A DNA stretch of 64,000 nucleotides from Bacteroides sp. (GTDB lineage: Bacteria > Bacteroidota > Bacteroidia > Bacteroidales > UBA7960), in NCBI GenBank assembly GCA_036351255.1, contig JAZBOS010000016.1:23715-87714 (forward strand), read 5' to 3'. The notes under the pieces are model-generated. The model saw nothing but the letters and a program-made list of their open reading frames with translations, did no database searches and was not told where the DNA came from. Positions 37,603 to 46,717 of the stretch are shown one piece after another. A program made the translations under genes and the position numbers. Each line of letters begins with the position of its first letter. Position 1 is the first letter of the stretch.

Positions 37603-39222
37603 ATGCTGAAGAAAGTTCCCCACACCTATGTAATCGTTTTCGGCATCATCTTGTTTGCCGCTGCGCTCACCTGGTTTATTCCCCCCGGAAAATATGTTGA
37701 GCAGAAAGTGGTTCGGGATGGTGTTGACAAAAAGGAAATGGTCTTTTATTATGAAAAGGACCTTCCGGATGCTTTTCAGCCTGAGAGCCCCAGCCAGCCA
37801 CAGACATGGCAGGTATTTTCAGCCCTTTTCAATGGGTTTGTGAAACAGTCAGGCATTATCATTTTCATTTTAATGATTGGCGGGGCCTTCTGGATCATGA
37901 ATAAGACCAAGGCCATTGATGTGGGGATCTTTGCTTTCCTTCGTTTTACCCGGATGCTGGAAAGCCGGAACATCATGCACCGCAATGTGGTGGACAATGT
38001 GATCATTGTCCTGATCATGATCATGTTCAGCTTGTTTGGGGCCATCTTCGGCATGAGTGAAGAAACCATTGCCTTTGTGATTATTGTCATCCCCCTTGCC
38101 ATATCCATGGGCTATGATTCCTTCACCGGGGTGGCCATGGTATACCTTGCAGCCCACCTGGGCTTTGCGGGGGCGGTGTTGAATCCTTTTACCATAGGCA
38201 TCGCACAAGGCATAGCTGAGATTCCCCTGTTTTCAGGGATGGGTTACCGGATCTTTTGCTGGGTGGTGATCAACCTGGTAGGGATCTTTTTTGTGCTGCG
38301 TTATGTCAGCCGGATCCGGAAAAAGCCTTCGCTCTCAATCATGTATGAGGGAGATGCCTACTGGCGCAATCGGGATGGAGCACATAACGAGAAGATCACC
38401 TATTTTACACCCAGGATGGCATGGATCGTCTATGGCATGATCCTGGCTACCTTGACAGCCTTTTCTTTCCTTTATCCGGTTACGGGGCTTAAGATTGGTA
38501 ACTCCACCGTTTCATTATTAATCATTCCGGCACTTACTATTGTTTTTGCCATCCTAGGGGTGCTCTCTCTGCGTAAATCCGTCCACTTTTTTATCCTGCT
38601 CTTACTGGGTTACACCATTCTTTTCCTGATGGTAGGTGTAATGGGTTATGGCTGGTACATCATGGAAATCGCCACCTTGTTTTTTGTCATGGGAATTGCA
38701 GCTGGTATGGCCTATAACTTTTCGGCCGATATTATTGCCAAACAATTCCTGGAAGGAGTGAAGGACATCCTTTCAGCGGCCATTATTGTAGGTCTTGCCC
38801 GTGGTATTATTGTTATCCTGGAGGATGGAGGGATTGTTGACACGCTGCTGTACGGCATGTCGAAAGCCATGGTAAACTTCGGCGACATTGCTTCCATCGG
38901 GGTGATGTATGTCATTCAAACCCTGATCAACATTGTTATCCCTTCGGGTTCTGCCAAAGCGGCCATTACCATGCCGATCATGGCACCTTTCAGTGATCTG
39001 ATAGGCATTTCACGTCAGGCAACGGTCATGGCTTTCCAGTTTGGGGATGGATTTACCAATATGATCACGCCTACCTCCGGCGTATTGATTGCCGTCTTAG
39101 GTGTGGCACGGATTCCCTATGACAAATGGGTACGATGGGTTTGGCCACTCATTGTAACCGTAGTGATCCTGGGATTCCTGTTACTAATTCCCACCGTAAC
39201 GATGAAGCTCAGTGGCTTTTAA
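37603..39222 (+). CDS. YfcC-family (DcuC-like) inner-membrane carrier
   Basis: 539 aa, about 12 TM segments. N-terminal KKVPHTYVIVFGIILFAA..W.IP.G.Y and PSGSAKAA.TMPIMAP are YfcC-type motifs. Starts 12 nt after cyanophycinase. Confidence 0.8.
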   Translation: MLKKVPHTYVIVFGIILFAAALTWFIPPGKYVEQKVVRDGVDKKEMVFYYEKDLPDAFQPESPSQPQTWQVFSALFNGFVKQSGIIIFILMIGGAFWIMNKTKAIDVGIFAFLRFTRMLESRNIMHRNVVDNVIIVLIMIMFSLFGAIFGMSEETIAFVIIVIPLAISMGYDSFTGVAMVYLAAHLGFAGAVLNPFTIGIAQGIAEIPLFSGMGYRIFCWVVINLVGIFFVLRYVSRIRKKPSLSIMYEGDAYWRNRDGAHNEKITYFTPRMAWIVYGMILATLTAFSFLYPVTGLKIGNSTVSLLIIPALTIVFAILGVLSLRKSVHFFILLLLGYTILFLMVGVMGYGWYIMEIATLFFVMGIAAGMAYNFSADIIAKQFLEGVKDILSAAIIVGLARGIIVILEDGGIVDTLLYGMSKAMVNFGDIASIGVMYVIQTLINIVIPSGSAKAAITMPIMAPFSDLIGISRQATVMAFQFGDGFTNMITPTSGVLIAVLGVARIPYDKWVRWVWPLIVTVVILGFLLLIPTVTMKLSGF

Positions 39223-39227
39223 ACTCG

Positions 39228-40088
39228 CTATTCTATCTCGATGACCAGGTATTTGGAAGCACTCCAGAACTTGGTTGGGTCCAGAATCACCAAATAAGTA
39301 ACCTCATCCTCCACTCTATATTCCCAGGTTCCTTCAGGATGGGGAGTAATAAAAATGGGGTTTTGTCCGGCTACGGTAATTTCACGCGTCTGGGTTATAT
39401 CGATCCGGGTAAAATTGGTATGGTCAAAACTGGAGTTCAGCCTGTTGGTTCTTCCAATGCCTAGAAAGCCCCCTTCACGGGTAATAATGCCCCAGTCAAT
39501 TAGTTCACGACGCGAGCCCATCGTGTAAAAGGCTGTGTTCATTTCAGAGATTTTCTCCTCAATGATCTGTTCGCGTTGGCTTGCGACTTGCTGAAGGGTG
39601 TCGACGGTAGCCGATAAATAATCCACCCGAAGGTTCATCTGTCCTAATTGCTCCTTAAGATTTCCAATCTCCAGTTCTTTTTCATCAATTTGTTCATTGA
39701 GGCGGGTAACCATCTTTTCAAACTCGGCCACCTTCACGTTGGAATTGCTGATATCCCGGTTCAGCCGATTGATCAACTGTCGGTTTTTCTCCATCAGTTC
39801 ACCAATCATACGGATATCTTCATTGATATGATCCATCATATCACTATTCCCTTCGAGGTCGTTTTGAGTTCCCTCTGAAATGATATTCTCTTTTTCCTTG
39901 ATCAAGGCAAGGTTTTCTTCAATTTCATTCAGTGACCCAAAGAAGTCATTAAAAGTTTCATCTTTGGTGGCCAACTGATCTTTCAGTTCCAGGTTCTCTT
40001 GCTGCAGGCGGTCCACTTCTTCCTGGCTTTTCTGACCGCAAGAGGCAAGCATAAGTGCCATAAAGGCAAGCAATATCATTCTTTTCAT
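39228..40088 (-). CDS. coiled-coil lipoprotein, function unknown
   Basis: Lipobox (LMLASC), about 170 aa of heptad-rich Glu/Leu/Asn/Gln sequence, then a C-terminal beta-rich domain. Confidence 0.6.
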   Translation of the reverse strand: MKRMILLAFMALMLASCGQKSQEEVDRLQQENLELKDQLATKDETFNDFFGSLNEIEENLALIKEKENIISEGTQNDLEGNSDMMDHINEDIRMIGELMEKNRQLINRLNRDISNSNVKVAEFEKMVTRLNEQIDEKELEIGNLKEQLGQMNLRVDYLSATVDTLQQVASQREQIIEEKISEMNTAFYTMGSRRELIDWGIITREGGFLGIGRTNRLNSSFDHTNFTRIDITQTREITVAGQNPIFITPHPEGTWEYRVEDEVTYLVILDPTKFWSASKYLVIEIE

Positions 40089-40242
40089 AATAATCTGATT
40101 TTAGGTTGTTAAGGCTATATATTGCAAAAGTAATATCATTCACAATGCCTTTTACAAAACGAAAAAACAAATCAGAAATTGCCGGAAAAATACCTCCCGG
40201 AACAGTCCAAAACTTTACCCAGAAAAATTTAAAAGAGGGATA

Positions 40243-41376
40243 TCAGAAACAATGCGACATGCAATTCCACATGCGTTCGGCGGTTTTTTCCCATGAAAAG
40301 CGGGCACGAATCAACTTGCCGTTTTCAATCAGCGTTCTCCTTAATACCTGGTCTCTAACGATGTCTTGCATTGCACGGCTGATCTGTCCAATTTCGTGTG
40401 GGTCGACAAGCAGGGCTGCATTGCCAGCCACTTCGGGCATGCTGGTAACATTGGATGAGATTACAGGGACCTCGCAATGCATGGCTTCAATGATGGGAAT
40501 GCCAAATCCTTCAAAAAAGGAAACCAGCAGCAAGGCCTGTGAAGAGGCTACCACCTTGCTCAGTTGTTCTTTATAAAGCCTGCCCACAAAAATAATATCG
40601 TCCTTATAGGACATAGCGCTCAGCACCTTTTGAAATCCATTAGACCCAAACATGTGTTCACCGATGATCACCATCTTGTGGTTTTCCCGGTCTGTCTTTT
40701 TAAAGGCATCGAAAGCCAGAAGCATATTGTCAATATTCTTCCGCTTATGAAGCGAGCCCACATAGACAAAATAAGGACAACCTCCGGTATATTGCCGGCG
40801 AGTTTCTTCGGCAACGGCTACACTTACCGGTTTAAAGTCTTCGTTAACCCCGTTATACACCACATCAATTTTTTCGGGAGGATAACCAAAGGTGTTGGCA
40901 ATATCTTGTCTTGAATATTCAGAAACGGTGGCTACACGGCAGGCCTTTTCGGCAAAACGTGGGAAGCGGGCACGATAATATTTACTGCTCAGCCAGGGCA
41001 GGTAATCGGGGTTGTGAATAAAGTTCAGATCGTGAAAAACAGGTATCTGAGGGCCTTCCCAGCTTAGAGACAACATCCCGTCAGGCGAAATAAACAGGTC
41101 AGGGCCAATCTTATTCAGGTAGGCTGGCAAGGCTTTCTCAAAGAAGAGGTAATAAAGGATTGGATGCCGGGCCTGGGGAAACAAAACCACAGGCTTGATA
41201 TTGTCGGAAAAAACAAATTCCTGGTTGAAGGGCCGATCGAAGATGAAATGAAATTCCACCTCGGGATGATTCAGGGCAATACGTTTAAAGGTCTGGTAAG
41301 TAAACCAGCCAATTCCCTCTAGTTTTCCGGGCAACAGCAAGCGGGTATTTATAGCAACCTTAAGGCTCACAACCAA
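40243..41376 (-). CDS. glycosyltransferase family 4
   Basis: GT-B fold with a C-terminal E..FGIPIIEAM..G.PVI.S EX7E-type motif. There is no ATG start; candidates are TTG 41376 or GTG 41370. Confidence 0.85.
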   Translation of the reverse strand: MVVSLKVAINTRLLLPGKLEGIGWFTYQTFKRIALNHPEVEFHFIFDRPFNQEFVFSDNIKPVVLFPQARHPILYYLFFEKALPAYLNKIGPDLFISPDGMLSLSWEGPQIPVFHDLNFIHNPDYLPWLSSKYYRARFPRFAEKACRVATVSEYSRQDIANTFGYPPEKIDVVYNGVNEDFKPVSVAVAEETRRQYTGGCPYFVYVGSLHKRKNIDNMLLAFDAFKKTDRENHKMVIIGEHMFGSNGFQKVLSAMSYKDDIIFVGRLYKEQLSKVVASSQALLLVSFFEGFGIPIIEAMHCEVPVISSNVTSMPEVAGNAALLVDPHEIGQISRAMQDIVRDQVLRRTLIENGKLIRARFSWEKTAERMWNCMSHCF

Positions 41377-41536
41377 AAATTTTCATCCTGAACAGTCTTC
41401 CTGGCCCGGGTAAAAGAGCCCGGAAAAAATTTGACCTCAAAAATAGCTTTAACTTTGATTGTTTCAAAAAAATCTTTTTATCCGGTCTAAAAGCAAATCC
41501 CACAGGCAGGCATTTAGCAGTTACCCATTTATTTGC

Positions 41537-41544
41537 TAAATTTG
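41537..41544 (+). promoter_or_regulatory. -7 promoter box (TAaaTTTG) for fbaA
   Basis: TAnnTTTG match 46 nt upstream of ATG 41590. Confidence 0.45.
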
Positions 41545-41589
41545 ATAAAGAATTAAAAAAAACTCTAATCATAAAAACACCTTAGAAAG

Positions 41590-42669
41590 ATGTCAGCAAA
41601 ATTAATGAACCATATTGAGCCGGGTGTTGTAACCGGCCGTGACGTGCAGGAAATCTTCCGCATAGCCAAGGAACACAAATTTGCCCTTCCTGCGGTAAAC
41701 GTTATTGGGACCAACTCGGTGAATGCAGTCCTTGAAGCAGCAAGGGATATCAACTCTCCGGTCATTATTCAGTTTTCCAATGGCGGAGCTCATTTCTTTG
41801 CCGGGAAAACCCTTCCCAACGACAACCAGAAGGCTGCCATAGCCGGGGCTATTTCAGGCGCCAGGCACATTGAACTCATGGCCAAAGAATACGGTGTAAG
41901 AGTTATCCTGCATACCGACCATGCCGCCAAAAAACTGCTTCCATGGATTGATGGCCTGCTTGACGCCAGCGAGCAAAACTTCAAGGCTTTTGGTAAGCCC
42001 CTTTTCAGTTCACATATGCTTGACCTCTCGGAAGAAAGCCTTGAAGAGAACATTGAGATCAGCAAGCGTTACCTTGAAAGGATGAAAAAGATGGGAATGA
42101 CCCTGGAAGTTGAGTTGGGGGTAACCGGAGGAGAAGAAGACGGGGTAGATAATACCGGAATTGAAAGCTCCAGGCTTTATACGCAACCTGAAGAGGTCGC
42201 CAAGATGTATGAGGCCCTGATGGAGGTTTCTGATCAGTTTACCATCGCCGCTTCTTTTGGTAATGTCCATGGGGTATACAAGCCTGGCAACGTAAAACTT
42301 GAACCCGTCATTCTGAAGAACTCACAGGATCACATCCAAAAGCATTATCAAACAGGTGACCAGCCGGTAAGTTTCGTTTTTCATGGCGGAAGCGGCTCTT
42401 CGCGCGAAGAAATAAGGGAAGCTATTGGTTATGGCGTGGTAAAAATGAATATTGATACCGATACCCAGTGGGCCTATTGGGCAGGGGTTAAGAATTACTA
42501 CAAGAAAAACGAAGGTTATCTTCAAGACCAAATCGGTAACCCGGAAGGGGATGACAAGCCTAATAAGAAATATTATGACCCCAGGGCCTGGTTACGCAAA
42601 GGGGAAGAAAGCATGCGCGATCGTCTGAAGACAGCCTTTGAAGACCTGAACTCCATCGACCGCAATTAA
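41590..42669 (+). CDS. fbaA: class II fructose-bisphosphate aldolase
   Basis: PAVNVIGTNS, HTDHA, ELGVTGGEEDGV and FVFHGGSGS are class IIa FBA signatures. Confidence 0.95.
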   Translation: MSAKLMNHIEPGVVTGRDVQEIFRIAKEHKFALPAVNVIGTNSVNAVLEAARDINSPVIIQFSNGGAHFFAGKTLPNDNQKAAIAGAISGARHIELMAKEYGVRVILHTDHAAKKLLPWIDGLLDASEQNFKAFGKPLFSSHMLDLSEESLEENIEISKRYLERMKKMGMTLEVELGVTGGEEDGVDNTGIESSRLYTQPEEVAKMYEALMEVSDQFTIAASFGNVHGVYKPGNVKLEPVILKNSQDHIQKHYQTGDQPVSFVFHGGSGSSREEIREAIGYGVVKMNIDTDTQWAYWAGVKNYYKKNEGYLQDQIGNPEGDDKPNKKYYDPRAWLRKGEESMRDRLKTAFEDLNSIDRN

Positions 42670-42700
42670 TAAAAGGCGCCTATAAAGGATTCAATAAGGA

Positions 42701-43159
42701 CTATTCAAAGCCAGGGTATTCGATCCGGTCAACAACAATGTAGGCAGATTCGTAATCCCTGGCTATTTTTTCAAGAAACCGGCGTGCGTCCAGGCGTGTC
42801 CTGAAATTTCCCACCCTTAGTTTAAAATCAGGTGCATCGTAAATGATATACGATTCCACTCCCGGGTATTTTGTGTCAAATTCCGCTTTCCGCCTTTGGG
42901 TCCTGAGTTTTGACTGGTTGCCTGCATCAGCATAGATCTGAACCCGGTAGCCAGTGAAGCCACGCTCGCGCGACACCACTTCCTTATAGGCCTCCAACAA
43001 TTGGTCAATCCTGGCATCCTGGCGAATGTCAAGTTGCAGTTGTTGAGAGTTTTCTTCAGGCTCGACAACTGGCTGCGCCCAGCCGTTCAATACCCAAAAG
43101 AGGGAAAAAAGGAGGAAGAAAATTTTCATAGGAAATTTTTTCTTTTCAAATATATCCAT
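42701..43159 (-). CDS. SPOR domain-containing protein
   Basis: Signal peptide (the real start may be MKIFFLL at 43129). C-terminal SPOR repeat (GYRVQIYA..A..K.., FKLRVGNFRTRLDARRFLEKI). Confidence 0.75.
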   Translation of the reverse strand: MDIFEKKKFPMKIFFLLFSLFWVLNGWAQPVVEPEENSQQLQLDIRQDARIDQLLEAYKEVVSRERGFTGYRVQIYADAGNQSKLRTQRRKAEFDTKYPGVESYIIYDAPDFKLRVGNFRTRLDARRFLEKIARDYESAYIVVDRIEYPGFE

Positions 43160-43205
43160 TTTCTCCGATCAAATGAAATGCCAAAACTCCTAATTTTGAT
43201 TAGGT

Positions 43206-44681
43206 TTAATAAGCCCTGGCAAAAACCACCCGTTGTGTTGAAGGTTTGCCGGAATAAATGCACTTCCCTTCTTCAGGGGTGTTATTCAGCGGAATAAGGC
43301 GGATTGTTGCCTTGGTTTCCTCCTTTATTTTTTGTTCTGTTTCGGCAGTTCCATCCCAGTGAGCCAGGATAAACCCACCCTTATTGTCGAGAATATCAAT
43401 AAACTCTTCCCAGGTGTCGGCTTTATAGGTGCTTCGATCACGGAATGCAAGCGCTTTCTGGTAAAGGTTGTCCTGGATTTCAGCCAGTAATTGTTCGATC
43501 TTCTGTGAAATCCCTTCAGTCTGAAAAACTTCCTTTTCCAGGGTGTCGCGCCTGGCAAGTTCAACGGTACCATTTTCTACATCGCGGGGTCCAATGGCAA
43601 TACGCACCGGGACCCCCTGAAATTCATACTCATTGAATTTCCAGCCCGGCTTATAGGAATCACGGTCATCCAATTTAACCGAGATCCCTGCTCCCTGCAA
43701 TTGCTCTTTGATTTGCCGCGCCTTTTCAATCACAAGATCTTGTTGTTCAGCATTTTTATATATGGGCACGATCACCACCTGGATGGGTGCCAGTTTGGGA
43801 GGCAATACCAAGCCGTGGTCGTCCGAGTGAGCCATGATCAATGCGCCTACAAGACGGGTGGAAACACCCCATGAGGTGGCCCATACATATTCAAGGGTAC
43901 CCTCCTGACTGGCAAACTTGACATCAAAAGCCTTGGCAAAGTTCTGCCCCAGAAAATGCGATGTTCCTGCCTGCAAGGCTTTTCCATCCTGCATCAGGGC
44001 TTCAATGCAATAGGTATCAACAGCTCCGGCAAAGCGCTCATTCACCGATTTGGTTCCTTTCAATACGGGGATGGCCATAAAATGCTCTGCAAAATGGGCA
44101 TAGACATCCAGCATGCGTTCGGTTTCCTCAATGGCTTCCTGCCGGGTAGCGTGGGCAGTATGCCCTTCCTGCCACAAAAATTCAGCCGTGCGAAGAAACA
44201 TTCGGGTGCGCATCTCCCAGCGTACCACGTTTGCCCACTGATTCAGCAAGATGGGCAAGTCGCGGTAGGACTGAACCCAGTTCCGGTAAGTGTCCCAAAT
44301 AATGGTCTCGGAAGTTGGACGGATAATCAACTCTTCCTCCAGTTTGGCGTCTTCATCTACGATCACCCCTTTGCCATTCGGGTCTTGCTTTAAACGATAG
44401 TGGGTAACCACAGCACATTCCTTGGCAAAACCTTCAACGTGGTCAGCTTCCTTGCTGAAAAACGACTTTGGTATGAAAATTGGGAAGTAAGCGTTTGAAT
44501 GTCCTGTATCTTTAAACATCTTGTCCAATGCAGCCTGCATCTTTTCCCAGATGGCATAGCCGTAAGGCTTGATCACCATGCATCCCCTGACGGCAGAATT
44601 CTCAGCCAGGCCGGCACGTTGGACAATATCGTTGTACCATTTGGAATAATTTTCTTCGCGGGTTGAAAAATCTTTAGCCAT
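43206..44681 (-). CDS. proS: proline--tRNA ligase (archaeal/eukaryote-like type)
   Basis: FS.WY..V, class II motifs ([25 protein letters not shown]), and the C-terminal Zn-binding-type domain ending in ..VFARAY. Confidence 0.95.
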   Translation of the reverse strand: MAKDFSTREENYSKWYNDIVQRAGLAENSAVRGCMVIKPYGYAIWEKMQAALDKMFKDTGHSNAYFPIFIPKSFFSKEADHVEGFAKECAVVTHYRLKQDPNGKGVIVDEDAKLEEELIIRPTSETIIWDTYRNWVQSYRDLPILLNQWANVVRWEMRTRMFLRTAEFLWQEGHTAHATRQEAIEETERMLDVYAHFAEHFMAIPVLKGTKSVNERFAGAVDTYCIEALMQDGKALQAGTSHFLGQNFAKAFDVKFASQEGTLEYVWATSWGVSTRLVGALIMAHSDDHGLVLPPKLAPIQVVIVPIYKNAEQQDLVIEKARQIKEQLQGAGISVKLDDRDSYKPGWKFNEYEFQGVPVRIAIGPRDVENGTVELARRDTLEKEVFQTEGISQKIEQLLAEIQDNLYQKALAFRDRSTYKADTWEEFIDILDNKGGFILAHWDGTAETEQKIKEETKATIRLIPLNNTPEEGKCIYSGKPSTQRVVFARAY

Positions 44682-44807
44682 TGATGTTTTTGGTATAGTA
44701 TTTGTACTAATATTCAGGTGATAAACGCGGCAAATTTAAGAAAAAACCACGAACATTGACTTAACTTGTTAACTTTGTCAATAACCACAAGCAAGGAGGA
44801 ATTCATT

Positions 44808-46607
44808 ATGAAACCTATTTTTAAACTTCTGATCGTCATTTCGGTCGCCCTGGCAGGTTGTTCTTCGACCTACCACGCTTCCACTATTTATGATGACATT
44901 TATTACGTCCCCAGGGATCCCGAGACCACAGTGGTTCATCAACAGGCTACCCCCGTGGATGTTTCCCAGGCTCCCACGAATGACCAGCAAACTTATTATG
45001 ATGAGCAAGGTCAGGGACAGGTGTATGAACAACAGGCTGAAGAATCCTATTACGAGGATGAGTATTATGATTACAATACCCAACCCTCAGCCACCGAGAC
45101 CTATTATGAACAGGACGGAACCACCTATGTAAACAACTATTACTACGGTGACTATTACGATTATTCCTATGCAGCACGTATCCGCCGGTTCCATAGTCCC
45201 GGATATTCTACCTGGGCATATTACGACCCCTATTATACCAACATGTATTGGTATAACTATGATCCATTCTATTACGGGGTAAGCATTTACCTGGGTTATG
45301 GTTCCCTGGGGTTCTACTATCCCGGATACATGATGTACAGCCCAAGTTTCTACTGGTATTCCTGGAATTCACCGTTTTATTATTGGAGCAATCCCTATAG
45401 TATGTATGGATGGAACTCCTGGGGGTACTACCCCGGCTTTTACAGCCCATGGGGATATAGTTACTGGTCGGGATACAATGCCGGATATTATGCAGGCTAT
45501 TACAACGGTTACTGGGGTAATCCCTACAACTACAATTACTATTACAACAGCTACGACCGCAGCAACTATTATTATGGTCACCGCGGTGCCAGCGGAGGTG
45601 CCGTTGCCGATGGCACAGGCCGTGGAGAAGGCCGCCCATCCACCCTTGCTGAAATGTACGAGAACACCCGTGATGTGACCCGCAACCGTAATAATGAAAT
45701 GGCGCCCGATGTGCGTTCGCGAGGTGGTGCAGTATCTGGTGAAACGGCCCGCCCTGCAGGCACTCCCGGTCAAAGTGGAACTGAAACCCAGCCGGCTGCC
45801 ATTCAGCCTGTAAGGGATTCGCGTGAAGCTGCTGAGCCCATTACCCGTCCTGCACAGACCAGTCCCCAAAGGGAACGGGTACCTGTCCAGCCGGTTGAAA
45901 CAGGCCGTCAGCAACAGCCCCAGCAGACCCGTCCGGCGCAACCCCAGCAACCGGAACGGACTCCTGCTGTAAGGCCTCAGACTCAGCCGCAATCGCGTCC
46001 GACGACCACACAGCCAGCCAGGCCAACACAGCCTCAAAAGACGAATCCTGGTAATCAAGACCCCAAACGCCCTGAAAATCAAAGCATCCAGACTGAGCGC
46101 TATCAGAGACCGCAACAGGCGCCGGCAGGAAATCAGCCTCAGGAAAACGACCCGAATTTCAACAGGCCGCGCACCTATACTTCTCCCAGCTATCAGCAGC
46201 CTAAGACCAATCAGGAGTATACTCGTCCGCAATCAGGCAGCACACCATCAGCGGTAAATCCCGCCCAGGATCAAAGGCGGCCCGTAAGGCCTGCTCCGCA
46301 GCAGGTTCGCCCGCAAACAAGGCCCCAAAGCCAGCCAGCACCGCAGCAGCCCAGGGTTCAGCCTTCCAGGCAACAAAGGGGCCAGCCTTCCTATTCGCCC
46401 CCGGCACAGCGATCAGCTCCCTCAAGAACGGCACCCGCCCCACAGCGCTCGCCTTCCCGGAGCAGTGGCGTATCGTCTTCCCCAAGCAGAAGCAGCTCAC
46501 CTTCCGTTTCTCCTTCCAGAAGCTCAGGAGGAAGCAGCAGCTCACCTTCCAGAAGTTCGGGAAGCAACTCTTCACCCAGCAGAAGCAGCAGCGGTAGCCG
46601 ACGCTGA
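44808..46607 (+). CDS. low-complexity lipoprotein (Tyr/Trp-rich, then Pro/Gln/Arg-rich, then Ser/Arg-repeat tail)
   Basis: Lipobox (ALAGC) after ATG 44808. AAGGAGG lies 8 nt upstream. The single open frame is 599 aa despite extreme composition. The antisense ORFs in the track are shadows. Confidence 0.7.
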   Translation: MKPIFKLLIVISVALAGCSSTYHASTIYDDIYYVPRDPETTVVHQQATPVDVSQAPTNDQQTYYDEQGQGQVYEQQAEESYYEDEYYDYNTQPSATETYYEQDGTTYVNNYYYGDYYDYSYAARIRRFHSPGYSTWAYYDPYYTNMYWYNYDPFYYGVSIYLGYGSLGFYYPGYMMYSPSFYWYSWNSPFYYWSNPYSMYGWNSWGYYPGFYSPWGYSYWSGYNAGYYAGYYNGYWGNPYNYNYYYNSYDRSNYYYGHRGASGGAVADGTGRGEGRPSTLAEMYENTRDVTRNRNNEMAPDVRSRGGAVSGETARPAGTPGQSGTETQPAAIQPVRDSREAAEPITRPAQTSPQRERVPVQPVETGRQQQPQQTRPAQPQQPERTPAVRPQTQPQSRPTTTQPARPTQPQKTNPGNQDPKRPENQSIQTERYQRPQQAPAGNQPQENDPNFNRPRTYTSPSYQQPKTNQEYTRPQSGSTPSAVNPAQDQRRPVRPAPQQVRPQTRPQSQPAPQQPRVQPSRQQRGQPSYSPPAQRSAPSRTAPAPQRSPSRSSGVSSSPSRSSSPSVSPSRSSGGSSSSPSRSSGSNSSPSRSSSGSRR

Positions 46608-46717
46608 TCATTGCGTATTTTTTAATTTCTCCTTAAATGACATACCCTCCCGGCAAGATTGCCATACCGGCTGAGCCGGGAGGTTTTACAACCTTGTTTC
46701 ACTAAAATGCTGATACC

